This document shows, one piece after another, positions 18,201 to 26,327 of a stretch of DNA of 32,000 bases. This stretch comes from Verrucomicrobiota bacterium. Its GTDB lineage: Bacteria; Verrucomicrobiota; Verrucomicrobiia; Opitutales; LL51. Position numbers and translations under genes: made by a program. Position 1 is the stretch's first letter; the number at the start of each line of letters is the position of its first letter. Location: the NCBI GenBank assembly GCA_021294815.2, contig CP095464.1, positions 330,001 to 362,000 of the forward strand, in the 5' to 3' direction. Below the pieces are notes generated by a model that was not told where the DNA came from, searched no databases, and was given only the letters and a program-made list of their open reading frames with translations.

Positions 18201-20905
18201 TTGAAGTTGGATCGAGTGCTCCTGAGAATTTGCCAGGGGTTGTTGAGATTAAACCCGGCGACGCAGATGCAGTTGCCAGGCTTGATTGTGATACCCGTCA
18301 CACGCTCAATCCAAAGGGAGAGCTGGCGACGCTCGATGCGCAGCTAGAATTAGATTCCAATAAGGGCGTCAACGGTGTTCGTGTTAGTGGGCCCGGGGCG
18401 TTGGAAATTCTCGGAAGCGACGGGACACCTCAAGAGGCGATTCTTAAGGTTACCGGAATAGAAAAAGGAAATGGTCTTGGTTGTATCCTCATTTCAAACG
18501 AGGCGGCAGTGAAGTTGATCAAGGGCCACCTCCCGATTGAAGGTAATGTTTTGGTGAAATCGCTTAGCGTTGGAAAAGACACTGAGTTGAAACACTTAAC
18601 AGGTGATATGACGGTGAAGGAACTTACTACCGTTGAGGGTACTTTGGATGAGGCCGGAGAACTTCATTTGAAGGATCTCGAGCTCAAAAAAAGCGGTATA
18701 CTCAAAGGTACAGAAGCCAAAATTTCGATTGATGGAAATCTTACCGACTGTAAGGGTAAAGTTGACCTTAGCGGCGGTGAAATTACCTGGAAACAAGATC
18801 TTGCACTTGAAAATAACGGTGAATGGAAGCACGTTAAGGTGGATGTCACTTTTGAGGGAGGCGTAGGTGCGGAGAGAAGCAAAGTCTCCTTTACCAATGC
18901 CGATGGCAACAAAGTCGAGTTTAAGAAGGGCTTGATGCTCGGGTCTGGTAGCGATTGGAAACTCTCTGGAGGTGAGGTTATGGTGGGAGAAGACGCGGCG
19001 TTAGATAGCGCCAAGTTTTCTCTTGATGGCTGCAAGACGACCGTCGCCGGAGACTTCAACGTCAAATCTAAAGGTCACTTGAAACTCGATGGCGGTAGCT
19101 TCGATGTCAGTGGAAAGTTCTCTGTTTCCGACGCGGAGGTCTTATCCAACACGGTAACTACAGTTAAGGGATTAGAGATTCTTAACAATGGTAAGATCCA
19201 ACACGATAGTGGCGATTATACCATTGATGGTGATGCTTACTTCGCTGGACAATTCGATGCATCGAAAAATACTCAGGGGAAGTTGAAATTCGTGAAGAAA
19301 GATTCAGTTCTAACGTTTGAAATTACTCCGATTTCTGACGATGGAGCTCAGTTCCTAGGGACTATGATCAACACCAATTCAGAAAGTAGCGTTGAAGGCG
19401 TTGAGAACGTGAAGGAAGTTGTCATATCTGATGAAAACTTCGTAAAGCTCTATGGTACGGATCATGCAGAAGAGGTATTGAGAAAGCTTGATAAGATTGT
19501 ATTATTCAGTCAGCTATCCCCTGATGCGGCGAAGACTCTCATAAGCAAGCTCAATACAGCAAATGCTGTTATGCTGAACTATGTAGGTGCTGTGGGAAGT
19601 ATGGACTTGGTGCTTAAGAACGTTACCAGTCGAGATGATATGAGTCTTCTCACAAGGATGTACGGCAGCGATTTTGACCCCAAGGGTCTCCCTCCTAGTA
19701 TTATCAAGGCGCTCGCAATGAAATGGAGAAAGGGTACTAAGAACGGCGGTGCGGTCGCTTTCACGCCCAATGGTGATGGAACCGTGAGTGCAGCGGGTGA
19801 CATCAAAGCGGAAACGCTCTTTGCCTCAGCGATAGATAAGCTCATCGAAGGTGATGTAAAAAATGCGAAGAAACGTCTTGAGACGATTAATCGTTCGGCA
19901 GCAGAAGAGAATGCGCGTGGTGTAATGCAGCTTGCGGATTCAGCGCGGCGTACAGCGTATAACAATCTCGATAAGTTCTTGGAACCTTCAGCGCATTACA
20001 GCATCTGGGCTTCAGGCTTTGGGGATATCGCTCGTCAAAAGGTCTGTGGTTATAAAATGAACTACGATATCTATGGATTTGAGGCCGGTATCGATGCAGC
20101 CCTCAACAATTACTGGACACTGGGTCTCCTCGGAGGTTACGGTAAGGTGAACGGCAAGTTCAAGGGTGAATACAAGCTGAGTGGTGCCAGTGATTACCTC
20201 GATAAGTGCGATACGAAGTCCTACTTCGGTGGTATATACGGCATGTGGTCCGACTTTGTCCAAGACCTTGAGATTAAGTTTTCGCTCTTGGCAGGTCACG
20301 CAAAGTTCGGTGAAAAGCGGAATGTACAGAATCCATTCACCAAAAAGAATACAACAGACTTCGGTACGAAGGGCTTCTGGATCAGCGGTAATGTCGATGC
20401 AACCTACAAACACTGGGATGTTGTTGGTATCAAGCTTGGACCTTGGGCTTCCTTGAGTTTCACGGATGTTCACCAGAAGGAAGGAATTAATCCTCTCTTC
20501 GGCAAGGATGACATCAAGATTAACGACGGCAAAGGGCAGATTAATCGGGTCGCTGAGAAGTACAACCGTTATGCGCCTGAGTTGACCGTCGGTGTCGCCG
20601 CAGATTACGATAGCCCATTTGGGTTGTTGAACCTTGCGATGGGTTACAAACGTGACTTCCACAAGCTTAGTGGTGGTTCTATTCACTTGAACACGCAAAT
20701 CCTCGATGCGGAAGGCAAGGTAAAGGATGCATATAAGGCGGACCTCGGTAAGAACAGCAATCGTTCTGGTCGTGACTCCTTTGTTGCTCAAGCGAGCTAC
20801 AATATGGAGTATGGCCCGGTCGGTATTGCGCTTGGTGTTCGCGGTCAAGTGGGTGATCACTTCAAAGACATCGCAGGCTCCGTTTCGGCGTCCTACTCGT
20901 TCTAA
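15275..20905 (+). CDS. Large autotransporter outer-membrane protein (putative adhesin), 1876 aa
   Basis: A signal peptide (LLAALGLGSVSFVSG/AP) is followed by an APAAPAPAPAAP linker. The passenger is about 1500 aa with G/N/T/V-rich beta-helix-like repeats in its distal half. The C-terminal ~300 aa (nt ~19991-20902) alternate aromatic and aliphatic residues like an autotransporter beta-barrel (YSIWASGFGD...YGFEAGIDAAL...LGLLGGYGK...) and end in the terminal motif SASYSF. An alternative start is the ATG at 15296. Confidence 0.9.
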   Translation: MKKGKEKMGQLVARYGLLAALGLGSVSFVSGAPAAPAPAPAAPWDHGRNVKFERVGQAAPNGRAVEYELKGNTPKADTKTVVVTKGITKAEAGTLLQSWFKKTDSSQRTVDLVDKAIGKTTLNDAKEALKIAKDIANGDAALTQKVDDLSQKTEWKDDEKKAFSQLCSDLQGKGSADQQKKLSDVLFKKLEDSDLPKDITETRSVKGGNVVFELKDATQAGNSAAAAIFDAAGHNVVADFSGDGAKEIEILGENAKTLFKNAPLDVAHFSQPANLAHLAVQDQPVAQANAGLTSIAGGGNGTITGAITAMENTVKNVAAVWYADEILDPAKGAIARIEHELLNGNDDNTVVATGVKLGAIGGTGIETKGTWAAGNAGGLAIERSDVTKILTVFKELFQQVQDRASGKTAGGGTFVSPTQIDTLLKEILNNSADRHATYTGENFVAKPNIGLPNLGATTVALGGNAGYAGHEIFYALNNQGAGAPGLDGATTVQAVQRLAELVLKAIPDATNLQPTSATQGLVHPDAKLPGYYTSIYQLLDSANGGLLNVTADCVAAVGAAGAAMDTYTARKFVEDMRFTSNLVDDLGVRHLTNAPAIATYMPQQTATDLNSIEAEVNQRHGSGGLFEVKFPANIAAGDRFCAIFRPEFTNDANGDGANVFNNDRTPMRDATHIVDLTNDYNDNSGVTPPNGNGITALVSDHADAHVTLVLDASSGVYKDENGAKVRQAIGRNVAFGDIITGNPGNNGSTKVVLINRLTNSSRETNDLGKIEDKDRRAVIVKGAIKESATDSDWKTKNTKIDLVTAADGLHGNFWHNKFVNVRTLTLGAQAGTLLRDNATGKVAYISEAMSGGENSFPQGLRAEQIIANNGKSSRVNVGSDVPFDVREVVVENKGTVSTYRLGVIELKPSSDKKHDFAAKDGAKVAIQNSEIKLIPYVEGDKSRIYQLRAEGNGSELSLAGTAVRLGQITTKMLNGVEVGSSAPENLPGVVEIKPGDADAVARLDCDTRHTLNPKGELATLDAQLELDSNKGVNGVRVSGPGALEILGSDGTPQEAILKVTGIEKGNGLGCILISNEAAVKLIKGHLPIEGNVLVKSLSVGKDTELKHLTGDMTVKELTTVEGTLDEAGELHLKDLELKKSGILKGTEAKISIDGNLTDCKGKVDLSGGEITWKQDLALENNGEWKHVKVDVTFEGGVGAERSKVSFTNADGNKVEFKKGLMLGSGSDWKLSGGEVMVGEDAALDSAKFSLDGCKTTVAGDFNVKSKGHLKLDGGSFDVSGKFSVSDAEVLSNTVTTVKGLEILNNGKIQHDSGDYTIDGDAYFAGQFDASKNTQGKLKFVKKDSVLTFEITPISDDGAQFLGTMINTNSESSVEGVENVKEVVISDENFVKLYGTDHAEEVLRKLDKIVLFSQLSPDAAKTLISKLNTANAVMLNYVGAVGSMDLVLKNVTSRDDMSLLTRMYGSDFDPKGLPPSIIKALAMKWRKGTKNGGAVAFTPNGDGTVSAAGDIKAETLFASAIDKLIEGDVKNAKKRLETINRSAAEENARGVMQLADSARRTAYNNLDKFLEPSAHYSIWASGFGDIARQKVCGYKMNYDIYGFEAGIDAALNNYWTLGLLGGYGKVNGKFKGEYKLSGASDYLDKCDTKSYFGGIYGMWSDFVQDLEIKFSLLAGHAKFGEKRNVQNPFTKKNTTDFGTKGFWISGNVDATYKHWDVVGIKLGPWASLSFTDVHQKEGINPLFGKDDIKINDGKGQINRVAEKYNRYAPELTVGVAADYDSPFGLLNLAMGYKRDFHKLSGGSIHLNTQILDAEGKVKDAYKADLGKNSNRSGRDSFVAQASYNMEYGPVGIALGVRGQVGDHFKDIAGSVSASYSF

Positions 20906-20935
20906 AAATCAGAGAACATTATTTGTTCATAACGC

Positions 20936-20965
20936 GACAGGTCCTTCGGGGCCTGTCTTGCTTTT
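20936..20965 (+). terminator. Rho-independent terminator after the autotransporter gene
   Basis: GACAGGTCC-TTCG-GGGCCTGTC (9-bp stem with one G-T pair, 20936-20957) followed by TTGCTTTT. Confidence 0.75.
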
Positions 20966-21036
20966 CACTGAATGGTTTTGAGTTTACCTTTCGCTTTACT
21001 CCGGGACTGCTTTCGTATCCTCAACAAACAGCACAC

Positions 21037-21420
21037 ATGAGCTCTGTTCTCGCGTTAGGTCACGACATCGTCGAAATCGCCCGTATCCAGGCGGCATATG
21101 AGCGCTACGGTCGAAAATTTCTCGATAAGGTTTACTCTCCTCAGGAGCAGATTTATTGCCTTCAACAAAAGAACCCCTACCCTTCTCTCGCGGCACGATT
21201 CGCGGTTAAGGAGGCTGTCGCAAAGGCCCTTGGATGTGGCATTGGAAAGCGGTTTACTTGGAAAAGCGTGGCGACAACTAATGATGCCCACGGGAAGCCG
21301 CAGGCATTTTATGATTCTTTAGGGAAGACACTACTCCAAGAACTCGGAGTTCAGAAAACTTTACTCTCCATTACACACACTCAGACACTTGCCTCGGCGG
21401 TCGTCATTTTGGTACGCTAG
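21037..21420 (+). CDS. acpS: Holo-[acyl-carrier-protein] synthase
   Basis: From the ATG at 21037: MSSVLALGHDIVEIARI...RFAVKEAVAKALG...ISITHT, typical of a ~125-aa AcpS. The track's longer ORF (from 20923) would run through the upstream terminator hairpin. Confidence 0.88.
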   Translation: MSSVLALGHDIVEIARIQAAYERYGRKFLDKVYSPQEQIYCLQQKNPYPSLAARFAVKEAVAKALGCGIGKRFTWKSVATTNDAHGKPQAFYDSLGKTLLQELGVQKTLLSITHTQTLASAVVILVR

Positions 21421-22425
21421 CTACAGGACAACAACATCGTTATCAGCACTGACGCCATCGAACGGTGGTGTTGCCGATACCTCCGATGGTGGTGTCTGAG
21501 ACTGCGCCGGTGGAATTTGAGACTGAGGTGGCCCTGAAACTTCAACGGGAATCTCCAAGGACTTCACTCCATCGGCACTCAAAACCAGCGTCCCCTTCGC
21601 GGCATAATCTCCGCCGGTGATGTTAACGCTGACGGTACGCTCACCAGCCATAAACTGAATATCCGGCATAATGATGTCGTCCGGAATATCGGTCTCTGCC
21701 TTGATGCTCAGGCCCTCTGAGGGTGCGGGATTATCGAGCATAAAGACTAGCAATTGGCTCTCGCCGGGACGCAAATAAATGGACTCCGAACTGCAGTGAA
21801 GGTTTGAAATATCGACAAAAAAGTTCCCCGCTGGAAGTTTTTTCCCGTTCGATAAAAGGCATACCTCATATTCACAACCACAGTCGACCGCGGGTACCGT
21901 AAACTCGATGGCCCCAGTCGAAGGACACTCCGACTCAACAGCGCGATCGCCGAATATTACCTGGTCGGTTTGCGCTAAACCGCAACCTACAAGACTTACA
22001 CGCGCGCCTATAGGACCGCGATTCGTGTCGAGCGCAAAAATATACTTGTTGGTCACCGTCGTGAAAAAGAGCTTCGTTTTTGATTGCCGCGAACGCCCGC
22101 GCCGGCTCGTCACATACTCAACCTCGTAGTAGTACGGGATCTTGCCGATGCCGTCGAAGTGGTAATCGTACACAAACACATTGTTGCCATCGGGATGCTG
22201 CATCATCTCGCGCCGCTCACCATCGACAACCACATAGGGCTGCAAAACGTCCTCAGGTGACTTCCGACGGCCACCATAGCCATTCTTGAGCGCCATTGTT
22301 AGCGTGTACAAGTTCGACTGATTTTGGGGGATAATACTCGGCGTCATATTGAACATATCCTCCTCGACCGCACAGCCTGCGAGCGATACCACACCCATCG
22401 TAAAAAGAAAATTGCGCCAATTCAT
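21421..22425 (-). CDS. Hypothetical lipoprotein with Ig-like (possibly IPT/TIG-like) region
   Basis: The internal ATG at 22423-22425 gives MNWRNFLFTMGVVSLAGC (lipobox LAGC). The central segment GPIGARVSLVGCGLAQTDQVIFGDRAVE...IEFTVPA resembles IPT/TIG. The tail is P/Q/S-rich (PPQSQIPPAQSQTPPSE). The longest ORF (to 22557) would overlap hemW. Confidence 0.7.
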   Translation of the reverse strand: MNWRNFLFTMGVVSLAGCAVEEDMFNMTPSIIPQNQSNLYTLTMALKNGYGGRRKSPEDVLQPYVVVDGERREMMQHPDGNNVFVYDYHFDGIGKIPYYYEVEYVTSRRGRSRQSKTKLFFTTVTNKYIFALDTNRGPIGARVSLVGCGLAQTDQVIFGDRAVESECPSTGAIEFTVPAVDCGCEYEVCLLSNGKKLPAGNFFVDISNLHCSSESIYLRPGESQLLVFMLDNPAPSEGLSIKAETDIPDDIIMPDIQFMAGERTVSVNITGGDYAAKGTLVLSADGVKSLEIPVEVSGPPQSQIPPAQSQTPPSEVSATPPFDGVSADNDVVVL

Positions 22426-22451
22426 TGGGCCTATAAAGTAGTGAGTGATTT

Positions 22452-23579
22452 GTGAATTCGCAAGGAAAACTTTACACTCCGCTCGGTTTGTACGTCCATG
22501 TACCGTTTTGCGCCGTGCCGTGTGCGTACTGCGCTTTTTACAAAGAGCGGCCGACAAAATCGTCTCTTGAACGCTATATTACAGCGATTTGCCAGGAAAT
22601 TTCACAAATCGATGACTCACGTGCATTTGACAGCATTTACTTTGGCGGTGGTACACCAGGGATTTTACCAATTTTTGCCATCGACCAAATCGCTGATACC
22701 ATTCACCAAAGACTGCATCAAGAACCAAAGGAATGGACCGTCGAAATCGCGCCTTCGACCATTAGTCAAGAAAAGTTACAGCATTGGTATGATGCGGGCG
22801 TCAATCGCATCTCGATGGGGATTCAAAGTTTTCAGCTAAAAATACTCCGCACTTTAGGGCGGCGTCAAACACCTGAAGTTGTGCGAGAGGCATATACGAT
22901 GATTCGCCAAGTCGGATTTCAAAATGTCGGTCTCGACCTCATATTTGCAGCACCTGGACAAACTCGGAAACAACTTTTACAAGACCTTGCCGACGCGGTT
23001 GCATTAAAACCGGAACACATTTCAACTTACTGCCTGACGTACGAAGCAGAAACTCCCATGATGCAGAAGTACGGTGATGGTGCCGACGAGGTGCGCGATA
23101 GCGGCCTCCATGAACTCATTTGCGCAACTCTCCCCCAATATGGCTTTCAGCAATACGAGATTTCGAACTTCGCATGCCCCGGATTCGAATCGCTACACAA
23201 CCTCAACACCTGGCGTATGGGTGACTGGATCGGTGTCGGTCCTTCTGCCAGCAGCCAATATCGCTCCCGGCGCTACACCAATGTCGCAGACCTTGAACGT
23301 TGGTCGCAAGGGGTTTCTCATTACAAACCTGAGCAAACTGATATCGTTGAACTTACACCCGAGATGCTCGCACTTGACCGAATTATTTTTGGACTTCGTA
23401 CGACGGAAGGCGTCTATCTTGATGATAATGTACATGCCGCCCTAGTCAGCGACTATGCGCAGCAAGAATTATTACCTCGTGGATTCGCCACATTACAGCA
23501 ACAACAGCTTCGATTAACCCCAAAGGGCCGATTGCTTTGCGACGCAATTACACGGGAAATTTTTTGCCGAGTTGATTAA
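22452..23579 (+). CDS. hemW: Radical SAM family heme chaperone HemW (HemN-like, coproporphyrinogen III oxidase family)
   Basis: LYVHVPFCAVPCAYCAF (CxxxCxxC), YFGGGTPG, about 375 aa, with a HemN_C-like C-terminus. The start is GTG at 22452 and is uncertain; a TTG 12 codons downstream is also possible. Confidence 0.9.
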   Translation: MNSQGKLYTPLGLYVHVPFCAVPCAYCAFYKERPTKSSLERYITAICQEISQIDDSRAFDSIYFGGGTPGILPIFAIDQIADTIHQRLHQEPKEWTVEIAPSTISQEKLQHWYDAGVNRISMGIQSFQLKILRTLGRRQTPEVVREAYTMIRQVGFQNVGLDLIFAAPGQTRKQLLQDLADAVALKPEHISTYCLTYEAETPMMQKYGDGADEVRDSGLHELICATLPQYGFQQYEISNFACPGFESLHNLNTWRMGDWIGVGPSASSQYRSRRYTNVADLERWSQGVSHYKPEQTDIVELTPEMLALDRIIFGLRTTEGVYLDDNVHAALVSDYAQQELLPRGFATLQQQQLRLTPKGRLLCDAITREIFCRVD

Positions 23580-24139
23580 CTGTCGGGTGCGTAAATGACC
23601 GCTGCGGGACTATTTTTTCCACGTTTCGCAAAGCGGCGCACTGCTTTCAATCCTGGAGGTGGTGGCAACTCGATATCTACTGGCATCTCAAAGACGAGGC
23701 GTGATTGCGACGTCGGAGTAAGGTACTGCGCAAATCGTGTGAGCATCGCCGAACCATATGCCCGCGCTAGTGCGTAGGGAGGGTCGACAAAAATGAGGCC
23801 AAAAGTCTCGCCGACATTTGCCGTCATCGCATCGGAATACCAAACCGGACAATTCACGTTCGTTTCTAGCTGCCGTTGGATCGTCGTGATATTATCTTCT
23901 AGAACGCGTGCGATTTTTGTGTTGTTTTCGATAAAAATTCCGCTTTGAGCACCTCGACTCCACGCCTCAAGGCCATATCCACCAACGCCGGAAAAGAGGT
24001 CTAAAAAGCGCTGCCCGATAACGCGCTCACCAAGAGAAGAAAACACTGCCTGCCGTAAATAATCCGTTGCCGGCCGCAGCGTATCCTCATCGATCGTTTT
24101 GAGGCGAATCCCTCGTGCAATGCCCCCCGTAATTCGCAT
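23576..24139 (-). CDS. rsmD: 16S rRNA (guanine966-N2)-methyltransferase
   Basis: MRITGGIARGIRL, DLFSGVGGYGLEAWSRGA (SAM-binding), and DPPY. The protein is 187 aa. Confidence 0.88.
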   Translation of the reverse strand: MRITGGIARGIRLKTIDEDTLRPATDYLRQAVFSSLGERVIGQRFLDLFSGVGGYGLEAWSRGAQSGIFIENNTKIARVLEDNITTIQRQLETNVNCPVWYSDAMTANVGETFGLIFVDPPYALARAYGSAMLTRFAQYLTPTSQSRLVFEMPVDIELPPPPGLKAVRRFAKRGKNSPAAVIYAPDS

Positions 24140-24152
24140 CGTCAGAATCCGC

Positions 24153-24788
24153 TTATAATGCGGTCAATTGAAGCCACTTTTCAGTCGTATAAGGCCGAAC
24201 GGCAGTCCGGAAGCGGCTATGTTCGCCGCTATATACCTGTTGCATCGACCAAAAATCTTCATCACGAGTACCACTGACGATGACGTAATCATATTCCTGG
24301 GCACAGCGAATTTCCATTTCCGCAGACCGTAGCCGCGCACGAATGTCCTCCTCTTTCTCAGAATTCCTTTGCTGTAGGCGTTCTTCAAGAACACCCAAGT
24401 GCTCAGGCATGAGAAAAATTGTTGTTACACAACCCAACCCCTGTAGTCGCTTCCGTACCTGGCGCATTCCCTGAATGTCGACAATTAGTAACGAATCGAT
24501 TCCACGCCGGAGATTTGAAAAAACAGCCCCGATGGGCGTCCCATAAAAATAGCGCCGGTGGACATTCGCGTATTCTAAAAATTTGTCTTCGGCAATGTAG
24601 TGCAAAAAGGTCGGTTCATCGATGAAAAAATAATCGATCCCTTCCCGCTCCTCCGGCCGTGGCGGCCGCGTCGTTACCGTTACAATCCGCCGCAATGACT
24701 CCGCATTCGCCGCGAGTAGGCGCCTACAAACTGTCGTTTTACCGACACCTGCAGGGCCCGATACGATGAAAACCCTACCGAAGCTCAC
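24153..24788 (-). CDS. gmk: Guanylate kinase
   Basis: P-loop SGPAGVGKTTV, TTRPPRPEEREGIDYFF and YGT. GTG start. The stop lies 13 bp upstream of the rsmD start on the same strand. Confidence 0.9.
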   Translation of the reverse strand: MSFGRVFIVSGPAGVGKTTVCRRLLAANAESLRRIVTVTTRPPRPEEREGIDYFFIDEPTFLHYIAEDKFLEYANVHRRYFYGTPIGAVFSNLRRGIDSLLIVDIQGMRQVRKRLQGLGCVTTIFLMPEHLGVLEERLQQRNSEKEEDIRARLRSAEMEIRCAQEYDYVIVSGTRDEDFWSMQQVYSGEHSRFRTAVRPYTTEKWLQLTAL

Positions 24789-24915
24789 GCTCCCCTTCTG
24801 AGAGGTTTTGAGGGCGGTTCAAGATTATTTTTGTGTTTTTTTAAACGTCGTGGTGTCAGCCGTACAACATGACGTGAACGAACTTGCCATACCGCCTAAA
24901 ATTAATTTCACTCCA

Positions 24916-26325
24916 GATATGGATTTGCGCGCCGTCATTCAAAGTCATCACGATTTAGCGGCGATTATTGATCTGCTCCGTGGTGCTGGGGGCCACTGCT
25001 ACCTGGTTGGTGGCTTTGTCCGTGACGCACTTTTAGGCCGGGCGAGCGCGAATTTTGACCTCGAGGTTTTTGGCCTCTCTTCGCAACAAATTATTGATCT
25101 CTGTCGCCCCCGTTACGCAATCGATCTTGTCGGCAAGTCATATGGAATCTTAAAAATCCGTCAACTGGATATCGACATTGGGGTTCCTCGTCGAGAGGTT
25201 AAAACCGGCGATACCCATACCGATTTTCAGGTTCATGAGGACCCTGATTTACCCATTGAAGAGGCAATTCGGCGCCGTGATTTTACGATCAATTCGATCT
25301 ACTACGACCTCGAAAATGACAACTACATCGACCCCTTTCATGGTCGTCGAGATCTAGAGCAAAAAGTTTTGCGCCATACCAGTGAACGCTTCGTGGAAGA
25401 TCCGCTACGGGTCCTCCGTGGCATGCAGTTTTGTGCACGGTTTGACCTAACACCAGCGCCAGAAACCGTTGCGCTCTGCCAGACGCTTTCGCCCGCATAC
25501 CTCTCCGCAGATCGGATTTACCAGGAATTCGTCAAGTTACTGCTTCAAGGGGAAGTCATTTCAAAAGGACTGAGTTTCCTCAAAGCTACCGGTTGGTCAC
25601 AGTTTTTCCCAGAACTCCACACGATGATCGGTCTCAAACAAGACCCGATTCGACATCCTGAGGGAGACGCCTATCAACATATTTGCAACGTTCTTGATGC
25701 TTTTGCGCATTGCCGGACGCATAACCGAAATGATGATCTGACGCTGGGATTCGCGCTTCTGTGCCACGACTTCGGGAAAGCAACGACAACCTTTCAGGAC
25801 GAAAAAGGGACACACGCCTACTGGCATGAGATCATCGGCATTCTTCCGGCAAAAAATTTTATGGAGCGGCTTGGCGTTCCCAAAGAGATCATGATCCAAG
25901 CCCTCACGCTCGTCCAATATCACATGGAGCCACGCCGGTTCTTCAAACGCAACGCCTCAGACGCCGATCTGCGTCGGCTTGCGTATAACGTCCGTCGACT
26001 CGACCTTTTGGCCCTCGTAGGTTATTGCGACTGCTACGGACGCGTCGATCACAACGAAGCAATCCGCAATTGGCTTTATTCCCGGGCAAAGGAATTAGGG
26101 ATCCTCAAAGCGCCCCCGAAAGCAATCGTCCAGGGACGGCATCTCGTATCCATCGGTATCGTGCCCAGTAAATCGTATTCGCGGATTTTGATGAAGGCGT
26201 ATTTTGCGCAACTCAACGGTGATTTCGATACGCTTGAGGATGGGCTTGCTTACGTTCGCAAGTTATCACTGGCCCAGCCAATGCAATCCGACCCCGAAAC
26301 CGAGCGCTCGTCCATTTCCGTCTAG
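24916..26325 (+). CDS. cca: CCA-adding tRNA nucleotidyltransferase with HD domain
   Basis: LVGGFVRDALLGR...DLEV (class II nucleotidyltransferase head), RRDFTINS, and an HD domain (LLCHDFGKA). The track ORF starts at TTG 24808. I prefer the ATG at 24916 (MDLRAVIQ...), but the start is uncertain. Confidence 0.87.
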   Translation, partial: DMDLRAVIQSHHDLAAIIDLLRGAGGHCYLVGGFVRDALLGRASANFDLEVFGLSSQQIIDLCRPRYAIDLVGKSYGILKIRQLDIDIGVPRREVKTGDTHTDFQVHEDPDLPIEEAIRRRDFTINSIYYDLENDNYIDPFHGRRDLEQKVLRHTSERFVEDPLRVLRGMQFCARFDLTPAPETVALCQTLSPAYLSADRIYQEFVKLLLQGEVISKGLSFLKATGWSQFFPELHTMIGLKQDPIRHPEGDAYQHICNVLDAFAHCRTHNRNDDLTLGFALLCHDFGKATTTFQDEKGTHAYWHEIIGILPAKNFMERLGVPKEIMIQALTLVQYHMEPRRFFKRNASDADLRRLAYNVRRLDLLALVGYCDCYGRVDHNEAIRNWLYSRAKELGILKAPPKAIVQGRHLVSIGIVPSKSYSRILMKAYFAQLNGDFDTLEDGLAYVRKLSLAQPMQSDPETERSSISV

Positions 26326-26327
26326 GG

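Noticed and set aside
15275-19990. The possibility that the autotransporter is a chlamydial Pmp-family protein.
   Set aside because: I see only isolated GGA(I/L/V) (one GGAV) and FxxN (FWHN) occurrences rather than the dense repeats that define Pmps.
20012-20860. A 282-aa minus-strand ORF inside the autotransporter barrel region. Similar long antisense ORFs occur at 15335-15811, 16910-17290, 18664-19065 and 19579-19965.
   Set aside because: They lie entirely antisense to a strongly supported gene, have no recognisable motifs, and have low-complexity or odd composition. They are typical shadow ORFs.
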